Positions 1 through 13,388 of a DNA stretch of 64,000 nucleotides are shown here, piece after piece. The notes under the pieces were generated by a model that was given only the letters and a program-made list of their open reading frames with translations, did no database searches and had not been told where the DNA came from. Both the position numbers and the translations under genes were made by a program. Source of the stretch: Chlorokybus atmophyticus (lineage: Eukaryota; Plantae; Mesostigma and Chlorokybus algae); contig RHPI01001428.1 in assembly GCA_009103225.1 (NCBI GenBank), positions 432,158 through 496,157 on the forward strand, given 5' to 3'. Position 1 is the first letter of the stretch. Each line of letters starts with the position of its first letter.

Positions 1-738
1 ACACCCACCAACAACCCCACCACCATCTCCAACCCGCTGCAGCACCTCGAGCGTCTGTGGAGGCGGTTTGCGGGCGAGGGCGGCAACTCAAGTCAACGCG
101 GGTACGTGCGTGGACTGTTTGGGCCGCGCGAAGGGTCCGTGTGCCGTGCGTGCGAGGGGACAGGACGCGTGGTTTGCTCCAACTGTGGCGGACGCGGACG
201 CCACCCTGTGCAGGTGAGCTGGGGAATCTGGTTTCTGTTGTGCCTTCATTGGTGGTTTAGTTTTGAATGAGACATGCAATTGTCCATTCTAGTTGAGTAA
301 CTTGGAACTGGGGTACTTGTCAGAGTAAGACAGCCACGCGTGGTTGTTTGTTGGCAATTGCTATCCAGATGTTAACAACGTCTGCAGTTGACATAGAGAC
401 AGTAGCAAGTTTCTTGATCGTGTGTATATACGGTTGGCAGGTATCATCAGGCGACTTTTGGCAGCGCCGTTCTCATCAGGACCCGTACGCAAGGTGCGTT
501 GGGGTTGTTGTACCGCTGCTCACGAGTGACGATGACTGCTTTGGGATGCATGAGATTATCAGAACAACGTGACAGGTGCGGGGAGAGTTGCATGGAGCAG
601 GCGTCAGGGCCCTCGCCATACTCGACCAAGTACGTGTCCTGCCCGTACTGCATCGGGGAGGTGCCGGGCCTGCGCTTTCCCGGGAACACCGGTATGAGGG
701 CGTGCCCACACTGCGCCAGCGGCACTCTCGTTGCTTGA
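1..738 (+). CDS. 5'-truncated spliced gene, DnaJ-type cysteine-rich (CxxCxGxG) zinc-finger protein, possibly organelle-targeted
   Basis: Splicing GT-AG exons at <1-100, ~164-213, 369-~408, ~451-493 and ~576-738 gives ...RARAATQVNAGRVVCSNCGGRGRHPVQ-MLTTSAVDIET..DFWQRRSHQDPYARCGESC...CPYCIG...CPHCASGTLVA*. It has three CxxC(xG) motifs and a Ser/Thr/Arg/Ala-rich upstream segment. Internal splice choices are ambiguous. Confidence 0.45.
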
Positions 739-1430
739 AACAGACATCGAGTGAGAGAAAGCAACTTTGTGCGACAGTTGGCTGGTGTTGACTAGTTGTT
801 GTGTCACCTGCTGGTCGCGATCAGCTGACATGGCCTCTGTAGACATGCATGATGAGACATGCGCAAGGTTGGAAGCAAGTCTGAACATGGGCTTATGCAC
901 CTTCTGGTCGTCTTGCAACTGGTGTCAAGGTGTTGCGAATTGGAGACGTGCCATACAACCCGTTAGGCAACTGTCAAGCGGTTAGTTCGCTCAACAAAAC
1001 ATGAGTGCATCAACAGTTTTTCACACAGGGCTTCACTTGTGTCATGCAGGGCATCGCAGCCCATCATTTGTGGCACCCGTGTGGATCTTCATTAGGTACC
1101 TTTTGCTTCAGTGTGATGCATACCTGCATGCCTTACGGGGAGGTCTAGACTAGTGTAGTGTAGTGTAGTGAGGTTGGAACAAACAGTGTGTGTAGCCTGG
1201 TGGTTGTGTTGCAATGTGCTTGCACGCTGGTTGGCACGCGGTTGAGTGATGTCAGGCATATCTACAACTGCTAGCGACATACCCTGTGCATTTAGCCTTG
1301 ATGCATGCATTTCAATTGCTTGTTGATCTCAAGAATTTAAGTGCATGATTGCACTCCCTGTCAGTTTTTTTGTAAATTTGCTGTGTTGTTTGTAAGTGTT
1401 GGCAGTACACCTGCTTGATTATTAGGCGGG

Positions 1431-1674
1431 NNNNNNNNNNNNNNNNNNNNNNNNNNNNNNNNNNNNNNNNNNNNNNNNNNNNNNNNNNNNNNNNNNNNNN
1501 NNNNNNNNNNNNNNNNNNNNNNNNNNNNNNNNNNNNNNNNNNNNNNNNNNNNNNNNNNNNNNNNNNNNNNNNNNNNNNNNNNNNNNNNNNNNNNNNNNNN
1601 NNNNNNNNNNNNNNNNNNNNNNNNNNNNNNNNNNNNNNNNNNNNNNNNNNNNNNNNNNNNNNNNNNNNNNNNNN
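1431..1674. other. assembly gap (N run)
   Basis: 244 N, flanked by G runs. Confidence 0.99.
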
Positions 1675-2211
1675 GGGGGGGCGCACTCTGCAAGCTCAGT
1701 CCAGGTTGTAGACTGGGCTGACAGCTGTTTTACATACCAATGCAAAACGTCCGCGGCATGCAGCACGCAAAAGGCTGCACCTTTCACGGGTGTGTCTTTA
1801 CCCCGACTCACAGCCTCTGAATGGACAGCACGGCCATGGATCTCAGTGCCGAACCTCACAGCGGAGTCTGAACTGCCTGGCGTGCTACCAGACAATTCCA
1901 TGCAGTAACACTGTGTTGTCATGCCAGCGCCTTGACAACAGGAGACCGTCAATGCGAGACTCACCACAATACAGCTCTGAAACAGCACGCCATCCCAATG
2001 CTTTGTTAACAACCGTGTACTGGATGCAACTATGGCGCATGTGTCCAGAACACAGACATAGTGCATCCCCGCAGCCGGGCATGGCAGGTGCGTCAAGTAT
2101 ACTGGGCAAGAGTGACGCGAGCTGCGGTGTCGTGAAGGTGTTGGTGGTATACCTGGTAAACTGTGCTTGCTTCTGTTGGAGTGAGCCAACCGGCTGGACC
2201 GCCAGGAGCAA

Positions 2212-5200
2212 CTACTCGGCATCTGCCTTGTCTTCAGCTCCCTCTCCATTCCTTTCCTCCGTCTCAGCTTCACCAGCTTCCGCGGCTTCACCGGCCTTCT
2301 TGGCTGCAAGATCACAATTGCACTCGTGAGTGTGCGAGGCATGCTTATCAACAAGGGCTTGGGAGCCATGGCGGATATAATACTGCTATATCTGCTCGCG
2401 TATGCCCACGCATGCACGTGCGTTTGAGGACAATAGCACCTTTCTTCTTCTTCCCGCCACCCTTCTTCTTTGTCTTGGTTGAAAGCGCCAATATTGCCTT
2501 CAGTTCTGGGTCGTCTACCGCAATCTCAGTCTTGAAAGGCTGCAACGCTTGGCCAGTAACCTTGTCTGAACCGTTTGGCATCAGCAGCACAGTGGACTTC
2601 AGGTGCACCACCACCTCGCCTGCAAGGGAGGGTCATGATAGAGTATCAGCAACACAAGGTGCATCAACAACTATGCACGCAATGGCACTGCAACTGTGAA
2701 AGCGGACTACAGCTCCACTTGGAGCATACCTTGCTTCTCGTACAACACTGGATAAGGATGAAGGAGCTCATGATTGATGCATTCAACAAGCCCCAGTCGT
2801 CCGCGCTTCTCATCTAGCCACCTGATCAAGCATATGATGATGCAACCAAACGCAAGCAGTCCACGTCGTCTTTGATAGCAACAGCCTTTAAACCTGATTG
2901 TGAAAGGGTTGATGGGAAATCGTTGGTTGATCTCGCTGAACACAAACCGTGACGCTTTCATCTTCAAGCTATAGTTGCGGTCCACAGCTCGTTTGTACAC
3001 AGTGGTCTGCTTCTCATCCAGCAACTTGGGCTGCACGAGCACAACACTTTGTCAGGTTGTGGTGCCCTGTGTACCGCTTTGATAAAGCAACTGACCTTTC
3101 CTTCTCCTGTGCTGATGACAATGTCGAGACCATAAACTTCATTTTCTTCAAACTCAAAGTCGTCAACTTTTGTATCAGCATCACTCTTGCTAATGATGGT
3201 CTTGTTGCCATCTATAACAAACTGCTTCATCTGGTGGCTCAACACGCCCTCAACGAGCGAGCAGTTGTGTGCCTTGGCAGCCTTTTGTAGGGCCTCCGTC
3301 ACATCCGCATTCTGTGTCAGTGATTGTTGATGGTCACATTGCATGTTTGCTGATTGTTGAAAATCTGCCGCAACCTAATGATGCTTCTAGCTATTAACCT
3401 CAAACAGCTTTCAACAGACTTGCCATCACGGGTGTATCAACCCTTAAGTGACACAATTCATTGACGTACCTTCTTCCCAGGACGGGCCAAGCGCAAAGCA
3501 ATCTCGTGTGCCAGCTGTGCAGCGGCCATGGCATCTGCAATTCTGCCAGTAATTGGCGCGGCTGCATCCTCTTGCACCACCAGCGTATGGGCGACAACAG
3601 CTATGAAGCCATCAATCTGCACACCTAGATCACTGCAGACGCACAGCCCGTGAGCCAGCACCCAAACAACAAGATCAACAGCATCATGAGAGCTTCTAGC
3701 GACTTGTCCCCNNNNNNNNNNNNNNNNNNNNNNNNNNNNNNNNNNNNNNNNNNNNNNNNNNNNNNNNNNNNNNNNNNNNNNNNNNNNNNNNNNNNNNNNN
3801 NNNNNNNNNNNNNNNNNNNNNNNNNNNNNNNNNNNNNNNNNNNNNNNNNNNNNNNNNNNNNNNNNNNNNNNNNNNNNNNNNNNNNNNNNNNNNNNNNNNN
3901 NNNNNNNNNNNNNNNNNNNNNNNNNNNNNNNNNNNNNNNNNNNNNNNNNNNNNNNNNNNNNNNNNNCCCCCCCAAGTCACCACAACATATCACGCACATC
4001 TTCACCACATCGTTGGTTTGCACGGTGGTCTCGTCTGCAACATTGGGAGAAAAGTGGCAAACGCAGTTGTTCAGCGAAACACATGTTGGGAAAGCAATGC
4101 CCTTGTCGATTTTCTTTCCTTTAACGGCCTTGTTGAATACGCTTCCCAATTGCCTGTTCCGAGCAACAGTTCATTAACGAAGGTTAGCAATTTCCAAAGC
4201 AGGTGTACAACAACGGCCATCGCAGCACCATGCAAGGGCCAAGGAATGCTTTTGTCACATGGGTGATACATAGCGACAAGCTGCGTGTTGAGACCTACAA
4301 CTGCAGCCGCGTGCAATAGAAAACAGCGTGCAGAGAGCACACCCATCGGCAGTAGGTGCCTCGTCTCTGCATGATCTACTAACCAGAGCAGCTCTGCCAT
4401 CATGCGGAACCAGTGCATGCCACAAAGTTGCTTGCAGCCCAACATTTGCAGCCCAAGGTGAGCTGTGATACGCTGACCAAAATTGCATGCCGTACGCATG
4501 CACTTACTGGTTGACTGAGGCGTCTCCTTTGTCGCACAGATCAACAACCTTTGCGCCTGCTTTGCATTCCGCAATCACGGCTGCCAAAGCCTCTGCATCA
4601 CAACAAGGTGGTCATCCACTGTGACGCGAGTATTTCATCCGCTGGAAGTGCACCATGCGTCTTAGCAAAGCCACTGTACTGGCCAACCCTGGCAGCCAAG
4701 AACTCAAATTTGCGTAGGAGGAAGCGAACAAGTAGCTACTGCTAGTGTTGCCGTGTAGTGGCCAGCTCCTGGTCAACCCAAGTAGCTAAAAACTCAAACA
4801 AACTCGTACAGGAAACGAACAAACACCTACTTCTAATGTTGCCAGGTTGCCGACCTCATGGACCAAAAGCACGTACATTGCGACAGCTAGTCGCATTTCT
4901 TACAAAAGAAGCACTGCCTGCCAAGTGCAAACCCACACCCAAAAGCCTTTTGGATCGCAATGTCAAGCACGACAAGCTTAACATGGCAGCCAGCCTGCCC
5001 GCGCATGCTGATGGTGCCTGCACCAACCTCATCAGCAAATTCAGGAACCGCATTGCATCAACTTGATCTGCTACGTAGTTGGCGAATTCACTAACTGCAA
5101 GAAGGTGCGGCTGCTGAATTCCGCACAAGCAGCGAAGACGGACAGTTAGCGAATGCACACTTACTGTTGGCAATCTCAGCAGCAACTTTGTACTTGGTGA

Positions 5201-5270
5201 CCACATCCGGAATGCTGAGGTCCAACTCCTGCTGCTCCTCCTCTCCTTCGCGCTCGTCCTCGGAAGACAT
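2212..5270 (-). CDS. EBP1: ErbB3-binding protein 1 / proliferation-associated 2G4 (M24 peptidase fold), multi-exon
   Basis: Exon 1 (5270-5165) [35 protein letters not shown]. Later exons: [101 protein letters not shown], Lys-rich [10 protein letters not shown] and an acidic tail. TAG at 2214-2212; GT-AG junctions. Confidence 0.95.
3713..3966. other. assembly gap inside an EBP1 intron
   Basis: 254 N, flanked by C runs. Confidence 0.99.
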
Positions 5271-5928
5271 AGCACCTCAACTGCGTAACGACCTAATCCC
5301 AGTGGTCAGTGACCACGACACTCGCCAACACCACCACAACCGCCGCCGCCCACCGGACCAGCGGAGAAAGACCTCTGCATGGTGATCGCCAAAGCCTTTA
5401 GCTGACATGGCGGCGCACCTCGGTCACATCTAACCGCTGCGTAGCGTTTTCCCCGGACATCATGTCCGTTAGAGTCCGACCGGATTTGGCTGGGTCCCAC
5501 CGAGTTTGTGCCTTGCATTTGCGGTTTATCACAGTCGCATTTGCAGCACCTAACGAGACTGGGAGGCTTGTCTAACCGCGCAGGCGACCAAGTTCAATTT
5601 ACTTAGTAAGTTTTGTGAGTCGGTCGGGTGCTAAACCAATGATCCAGTTTGTTGAGTCGTTCAGCTTGCATGTACTAAGCTTGTGAAATCTATTGGTTGA
5701 ATCACATTTGCAAGGACCCTTTGCTAACGAGTGAGTCAATCACTGAATCAAAGCGCTGCTCAGCTGCCCTGCTAGGGTTTGCCCAGGCGGCGGCGGTGGA
5801 GTCTACATGGTGGTCGTCGTTGCTTAGGAGAAGCGCTATGGCGCATACCTGCTGGAGAGGACGTGACAGGAAATTATTGATAGCCTCCTATCCTGCGGCG
5901 GCATTGGCTTGAGGTGGAGCATGTCGTG
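5271..5928. promoter_or_regulatory. divergent (head-to-head) promoter region of EBP1 and the MATH gene, with telo-box and GGNCCCAC-like motifs
   Basis: The start codons at 5270 (-) and 5929 (+) are 658 bp apart. GGTCCCAC at 5493-5500; TAGGGTTT (reverse complement AAACCCTA, telo-box) at 5773-5780. Confidence 0.4.
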
Positions 5929-8900
5929 ATGCAGACCAGCGGAGGCAGCACCGCCGTCGGCGGGGAAGCGATGGAGGAGGTGCGTGGCAGCGCAGGCGGA
6001 GGTGACGCTGCCGAGGAGCTCCGTGATGGCAGGGAGGAGGCTGTCATGGTTGAGCAGCGGGGAGATCACTCCGCCGTTTGCCGCTGGACTCTTGCTGGGT
6101 TTTCCAGGGTGAAGGCCCGAGCGCTATGGAGCCGCTACTTTGCAGTCGGAGGCTACGACTGCCGGTATGGTCAACACAACACATGTCAGATGGATTGGGT
6201 GTGCCTGGACGATGCATCTTATGCAATTCAAGCGTAAAGTGTTGTCGACTGAACTCAGCATAGTACACGCTCAACGTGCTTGTGCAAAGCGATCAATGTT
6301 CTTAATTGCGTGCATGCAACCTCACGACAGAATAGGGTTGTTTATTCTTGCAACCCTTTCATGTCAGGTTAACTGTCTCCCATATTACAATAGAAAGGAC
6401 GCTCTGTGGTTGCCGCAATTGTCCGCTTGCAAACAGCACAGTTTGTTCTCAACATACCCGTAGCAACGCCTAATTGGTGATCAAGCTCTGCACTAGCTAT
6501 CATCATGTGCATGTTGCTAATGGATGTTTGTTGGTGCGCAGTCAGTGCATGTTTCAATTCAGTTGCATGATCTGAGCTTGCATGCCATGCTTGAGACGCA
6601 TAGGCAATGTTGATTGTTCTTGGACTGTCCTGTGATGTGTTTCTTAGAACAGCAGTAAGTATGTTGTAGGTGTTTGCATGTGACGCAGTACGACTTGACA
6701 GGTCGCTAGAGGTGTTGCCATCCAAGCTGATTAATGAGAACTCACCAGCACTGCTCTTTTTTTGTCCACTGTCAACTCGTAGCTCACTTTGTGCACAATA
6801 TGACATGCTGCACGACACCCTGGTACAAGGTCGTGGAAACTAATGCATGGACACCACACTTTGCGTTGCGCAGTATTGAGTGCCAAACACGAGTAATGGC
6901 ATTGTGGGTCTGGTACACGTTTCCTACGGTTATGTAATGATGGTCGGCTGCAGGTTGCTGGTGTATCCGCGCGGTGATTCCCAGGCATTGCCGGGGTATC
7001 TTTCAGTATACCTACAAGTAACCGATCCTCGAGGCGCTTCTGCTAAGTGGGATTGTTTTGCCAGCTACCGCCTGTGCATAGTCAACCAGAGAGATGATAG
7101 CAAGTCAATACAGCGGGACAGTTGGCACAGATTTTCGGGAAAAAAGAAATCACATGGGTGGTGCGACTTCACTCCGGCTTCAGCATTGCTGGATGCACGC
7201 TCTGGGTTTCTTGTGAACGATGGGCTGCTGATTACCGCGGAGATATTGCTGTTGCACGAGTCTATTCAGTTTTCTCGTGAACCTGAACCATCAAGCAGCG
7301 GCTTAGGAGTTGCGACCAGCAACACAGTACCCAGTGAGTCCTTGGGTGGCAAGTTTACATGGCGCGTCCACAATTTACCACTGTTTAAGGAGATGATCAA
7401 GACGCAGAAGATCATGAGCCCAGTATTTCCTGCAGGCGAATGTAATCTTCGGCTGAGCGTCTATCAGTCCTCCGTGTCATCTGTGGAGTACCTCTCAATG
7501 TGTTTGGAAAGCAAGGATACGGATAAGTCATCACAAGTCTCTGCCAATGGTAGTGCCAATGAGCGGAGCTGTTGGTGCCTGTTCCGAATGTCGGTTCTGA
7601 ACCAGGTGCGTTTTGGTGCTTGTTGCGTTTAGTAGTCTACTGAATACAGCGTTCACTTGCTGGTCTCTAATCAATACAGCCTTGTGCATCAGAAAGCGTT
7701 TCAGCTTATTATCTATGCGCTACTGACTAACGGACTTTGCTAGGGTGGAAAGAACCACATGCATCGAGATTCGTATGGCCGGTTTGCCGCTGACAACAAG
7801 AGTGGTGACAACACCAGTTTGGGCTGGAACGACTACATGAAGATGTCAGACTTCCTGGCAGCTGAGTCCGGTTATTTGGCGGAAGACGGTACAGCTGTGT
7901 TTTGCGCTTCCTTCCATATTATAAGGGAGCATAGCAGCACGTCAAAGACACTAAGTGGCCACATTCCACGAGCACCAACATCCAAGAAGCATGGCGGCGA
8001 GATTTATCAGGGCAAGTTTGTGTGGCGCATTGATAACTTCACTAAGTTGAAGGACTTGCTGAAGAAGCGCAAGATTACTGGTCTCTGCATTAAAAGCAGA
8101 AGGTTTCAAGTTGGTGGCAGAGACTGTAGGCTGATTGTGTACCCACGAGGGCAGTCACAGCCACCTTGCCATCTCTCCATGTTTCTGGAGGTAACAGATC
8201 CGCGCGCATCGGAGAAAGAGTGGAGCTGTTTTGTGAGTCATAAGCTGTCCGTGGTTAACCAAAAGGCCGAAGAGCGATCTGTCAGCAAAGAGTCTCAGAA
8301 CAGATACTCCAAAGCTGCGAAAGACTGGGGCTGGCGCGAGTTCGTCACACTGACCAGTCTCTTTGATCAAGATGCGGGTTTTCTGGTCAACGACGCCTGT
8401 GTTTTCTCAGCAGAAGTACTAATACTGAAGGAAACTGCAGAAGTTCTGACCCTCAAGGACACAAGCGCCTTTGGGGAGCAGTGCTTCACCTGGCGTGTTG
8501 AGAACTTCATGGCCTTTAAGGACATCATGGAAACCCGCAAAATTTTCAGCAAGTACTTCCTGGCTGCTGGCTCTTGTGAGCTGCGCATTGGTGTATATGA
8601 GTCCTTTGACACGCTCTGCATCTATTTGGAAAGCGACGGCAATGCCGGACTTCCGGACAATCAGCTGGACAAGAACTACTGGGTGCGATACCGCATTGCT
8701 GTGGTCAACCAGCGGCATCCAGAGCGGACTGCTTGGAAGGAGTCCTCTATCTGCACGCGCACGTGGAACAACAGCGTTTTGCAATTTATGAAGGTGTCAG
8801 ACCTGTTGGAAGCAGACGCTGGCTTCCTTGTTCGTGACACAGTGGTGTTCACGTGTGAGGTGCTGGATTGCTGCCCATGGTTCGACTTTGCAGATCTGGA

Positions 8901-11900
8901 TGGGCTCGCGGGGTCTTCTGACGATGAGCCAGACGTGCTTAGCACTGACCCTGAGGAGTTGCTGGATGATGACAGTGAGGAAGACGACAGTGAGGATGAC
9001 CTGCATGAGGACCTCAATGAGCCTCAGGAGATTTTCCGCAGCTTGCTGGCACGGGCTGGGTTCAGTCTCGGAGGTTACAGTGGGGAACAGGATGGTGCAC
9101 CTGCTTTGTTGGACCCATCACAGCTGCAGGCTGCTTTGCGTGAGCGGTTGCTGATGGACGCTGGCGCTGTAGCAGCTTTCCTTGCAGGCTTGCGTGTGTA
9201 TCTGGATGACCCAGCTCGCGTACGGCGGCTGCTTCTTCCAACTGTCACGCCAAGCAGATCTGGTAGCGGCCTGCATCTGTCAGAGGAGGACGATGATGAG
9301 CTGCCACTGGACGTGGAGGAAGACACTTCGCCAAGTGTTATGCACTTGTTGATGGGCGTTAAGGTTCTGCAGCAGGCTATAGTTGACCTGCTTCTCGACA
9401 TTATGTTAGAGTGTTGTACAAAGCGCACAGCCCCGGCAGCAGAGGATGCAAGGTCCCCTAGCGCATCCAGCCAAGCAACCAGAGAGCACCCTCAAGCACG
9501 CGTACGCAGTAGCAGTACCACCAGCACGCATGATTATTGCGACGCAGCACGCATCAGTCGCAACAGTGACACCTGCAGCAGTAGCAACGATGCAATGCGC
9601 TCCGATGCCACCAGCCTGCCCTACCTGCCCACAGGCGTGGATTGCATGCGAGTACGTGGCGATGCGTCTGCTGTCACAAGCTCAACTTCTAATGCACTTC
9701 CTCCGCCATTGCCACCGCCACCACCAGCCCGCTCATCACAGTCACACAGCATGGCACCTGGTGGTGATCACTTGCATTCTCCATCTGGCAAGGTGAGTCT
9801 GTTGTCAGCCTGCTTTCTGGATGCTTGTTTGGTCATACCACGAGCGGTACCATTTCACATTGCTGCACCATGTTCAGCAATCGTGTTGGCCAGCTTGATT
9901 GTTTGTGATGTCGGGCGGTCTGGAAAATCGCTATGCCCAGCTTGTGTATCTCAACTGAGTGGTTGTATGCACTGCAGACGCTGCCACGTTGGCCTGAACA
10001 ACCAGATGAGTTGTTGGGGTTGATAGTCGATTCCCTGAGAGCATTGGACAACGGGGTAGCACCCATGCCCTCTGCAGTTGGCTGCTCTGAGCCCCGGCGA
10101 CGGCCTCAATCAGCCAGCAAAGTTGCAGCCATTCTCGCCAGTGCGCCTACACACCTGCAAAGGGACATTGCTGCCTTGGTGCCTAAACTGGTGGACCCGC
10201 TGGAGCATCCAGCCGTAGCCGGCGCCTTGCTAGAGCGGATGCATGCAGCTTCTCCTGGCGACTTGCCGCTGCGCATGACACTGCTGTGCTCCCTAGCACA
10301 GCTGCATCTGCCACCAGGTCCGCTGCCCGGCTTCTCCCAGGGTGCCGGTGCAGACACCATTGCGCTAACAACAGCTTTGGAGGTTCTTCCTTGGTACGAG
10401 TCAGAGGCGGAGCTTGCAGCTGTCATTGCCTTGCTGCTGCGTGCTGCAGCTGCCGCCGACCGCAGCACACGCACCGCGATGGTGCGCGCTGTTCGCACAC
10501 AGCTCAAGAGAACAGGTGGTTCCGTAAGAGTCCTTGCAGTTGTTGGCTTCGCCTTGTGCACGCCACCTTGGGAAGTCGCACAAGCCATGCTCAGGGAGAT
10601 TGAGGCTGATGGGTCAGCATTGGAGAATGAGCAAGAACAGGATTTGAATAGCCACAGGTTTGAGAGGGTGTCGGACGTGGCCATGCTTCTGGATCTGATG
10701 GCTGCGGATGCTGCACCGCCCCATACCCAACGCGAAGCAGAGCGTGTGTTTGAGGCTGCTGTTGCACATGGTGGTCTGGATGAGCAGACGATTGTAATGG
10801 TGCTGGAACGGCGCAGGGCACAGCATCAACATCATTACCAGCACATTCATCAGCAGTACCATCAACTCCAGGACTACGACTTTCCAGCTGTGTTGCGGTT
10901 GGCAGAGGTTCTGGCGCAATCTGTTGAGCCTCGAGTGCGTGAGTTTGTGCGCAGCCTGTATGTGGTGCTCTTCAAGCTGTACAGCAGTGATGCATGTCGC
11001 GACCGGATCCTTCATGGTTTGGTGGACAAGGTCACGCGCTGTTTGGAAGGAGCTGCAACTCCTCAACAGCTGCAGATGCTGCACAATGAAGCTGAGCTGG
11101 GCATGGAGATCCTCGCCTTCCTTGTGCAAGATGAGGATGGCATAGCAGGGCCTGTTCTAGCGTTGATGCGTGAGGCTGTGCAGGGAGCACTTCTTAGCAG
11201 GGATGCCCTAGCGCAGACACTAGCAGCAACAGCAGATGCACTGGCTCATACTCGGGCGGATGCCTCTGTGAATATCCAGCGCCTGACGCGAGAAGCAGCT
11301 TCCATATCTCTGCACGTTTCTGAAGCCGAAGCCAATGTTGCAAGATTGAAGGTATGTACACGCCCATTTGCACATGCAGGCATTACAGCTGGCATGACAG
11401 TGCATCTGAATGCAACTGTGTGTTGCTTGCAGGCGGAGAACAAAACTCTGCTGGATACTGCGGCACGAGAGCGGCGAGAAGCTTCAGAACGCATCAGGGA
11501 CATGGACGGGCAACTAGAGTGGGTGCGAGCGGAAAGAGAGGAGGAAGCCGCCAAATCGGCAAAAGCGCTGCGTGAGGTTACGCAACGGCTGCGAGAAGCC
11601 GAGACACAGCTTGCCCAATTAAAGAACCGCAAGCGCGAAGAGCTTAAACGCGTCATGAAGGAGAAGCACGTGCTCGCTGAGCGTCTAAAATCCGCAGAAG
11701 CTGCTCGCAAAAGGTTTGACGAGGAGTTGAAGCGGTTTGCATCTGAGAATGTGGGTCGTGAGGAGGTTCGGCTCAGCCTGGAGAATGAGGTCAGGCGCCT
11801 GAGGGACGAAGTTGGCCAAAGCGAAGGCGGCCTGCGTGAGAAAGAGCAGCAAGTTCAGCGATGCGAGGCCTACATTGACGGCATGGAGTCCAAGCTGCAT

Positions 11901-12323
11901 GCGCATCAAGACTACATCCAAACCCTAGAGCAGTCACTGCAGGAGGAGATGGCGCGGCACGCTCCTCTATATGGTGCTGGCCTGGATCAGCTCTCCCTCC
12001 AGGAGCTGGAAACACTCGCTCGCATACATGACGAGGGGTTGCGACAGGTGCGTGCCATGATGCAGCAGCGGCATCACCAGCAGGTCGCGCAACAGCTCTC
12101 TCCCCCATCACCATCGCCCCCTACCCCGCAGCCGCCTCAACCGCAGGCCAACGGCATGATGTCAGGTAGCGGCCACCCTGTGCCGCCCTTGCCACATACC
12201 CTCAGCAATGGCCAGCTGAGTCATGGGCCTCCATCGAGGGGCAACAGCAGCAGTCAGTTGAACGGCACGCACATGTCGTCACTGAATGGCGTGCATGTAG
12301 CAGCCTGGTATGGTCAGACATAG
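5929..12323 (+). CDS. TRAF-like protein with four MATH domains, an acidic linker and a C-terminal coiled coil (At2g25320-like)
   Basis: Exons 5929-6164, 6954-7605, 7744-9792, 9978-11351 and 11433-12323 splice in frame. Repeated MATH motifs: CRWTLAGFS, GKFTWRVHN, GKFVWRIDNF, FTWRVENF, GWCDF, GWNDY, WGWREF. Conserved C-terminal RHAPLYGAGLDQLSLQELETLARIHDEGLRQV. Confidence 0.92.
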
Positions 12324-13006
12324 TAACTGTCATTGGTGATCAATTCAATTGTGACAGTGTTGCATATGTCCTGGAGCCCGACATGTGCGTTTTGCGTCAG
12401 CAAGTCAACAAGCATGTCACGTCCGCGTATTGTGCATGACACTTGTGTATCACGTGCTCTGCACAAAAAGTCAACACAGCGCAATCTGCACGGCCCTTAC
12501 CCTAACCCGCATTGCTTTCTGCGGTTTGCCAAGTGTTGCACCCATTGCCTTCCGCATTTACTGTACAAGCTATGGTTCTGCTGGGTTGAACTCCGTACCA
12601 CTGTGAACGCGGGCACAGTCTCAGCTGTGACAGGGTCACTCCCCAAGTAATACCAGCATCAACTTGCATTGCTGCGCGGCTCATCGAAGCAGGGGTGGTT
12701 GCGCAGGCAATGCCAGGCAAATAGCCTGCCTCGCACCTGCTGCAATGCATCACACGTGTATCAGCTTGATCAATTGCAGACTATGAACGTTGATACTACA
12801 CGGTAGTATGCATGTGCATGTTGCATATGTATGCGTGTGTCTCACACAGCACTTTACATATCCTATACACGTAGTGACTACCAAGAATTTTCATCCCGTG
12901 CAAAGCAATGCACAATATTTTACAACATGCATGCTTGTGTGAACTAAAGGGGTAGGGGTTAGTGCATTAGGTAGCAGTTAGGAGTAGCCTGGTGGTATGA
13001 AATATT

Positions 13007-13087
13007 GCATGTGCCTTGTGCTGAGTGTGGTGTTTGCTGTGCTGCCACTGCTGTGCTGTGCTGCCACACTCAGCACAAGGCACATGC
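13007..13087. repeat. perfect 24-bp inverted repeat with a 33-nt spacer
   Basis: GCATGTGCCTTGTGCTGAGTGTGG (13007-13030) and CCACACTCAGCACAAGGCACATGC (13064-13087) are exact reverse complements. Confidence 0.95.
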
Positions 13088-13388
13088 GTTGCATATAATG
13101 TAGAGTTCGGTAGGTGGTGCACAGTCATGCACACCCACGCATACATTTGGCAAGACAACAAGACAACATGGGCAAGCTCAATTACACCCAGGACCTAGGC
13201 TGCATGTGCGTGACACCTTGCATGCTATCCGCATCCTCAACTTGCTGGCGTGCACTTAGCTAGCCAGCCTCCTTAGCGCTAGGGTTTGTGTCCCCATTTA
13301 AACTGTTTGTTGTGCGTGATGATGTGCCGTGCGCTTGCTGGTATCCTTGCTTGTTGTTGCTGATGCTGGGGGACCCTCTTCTTTTCCA

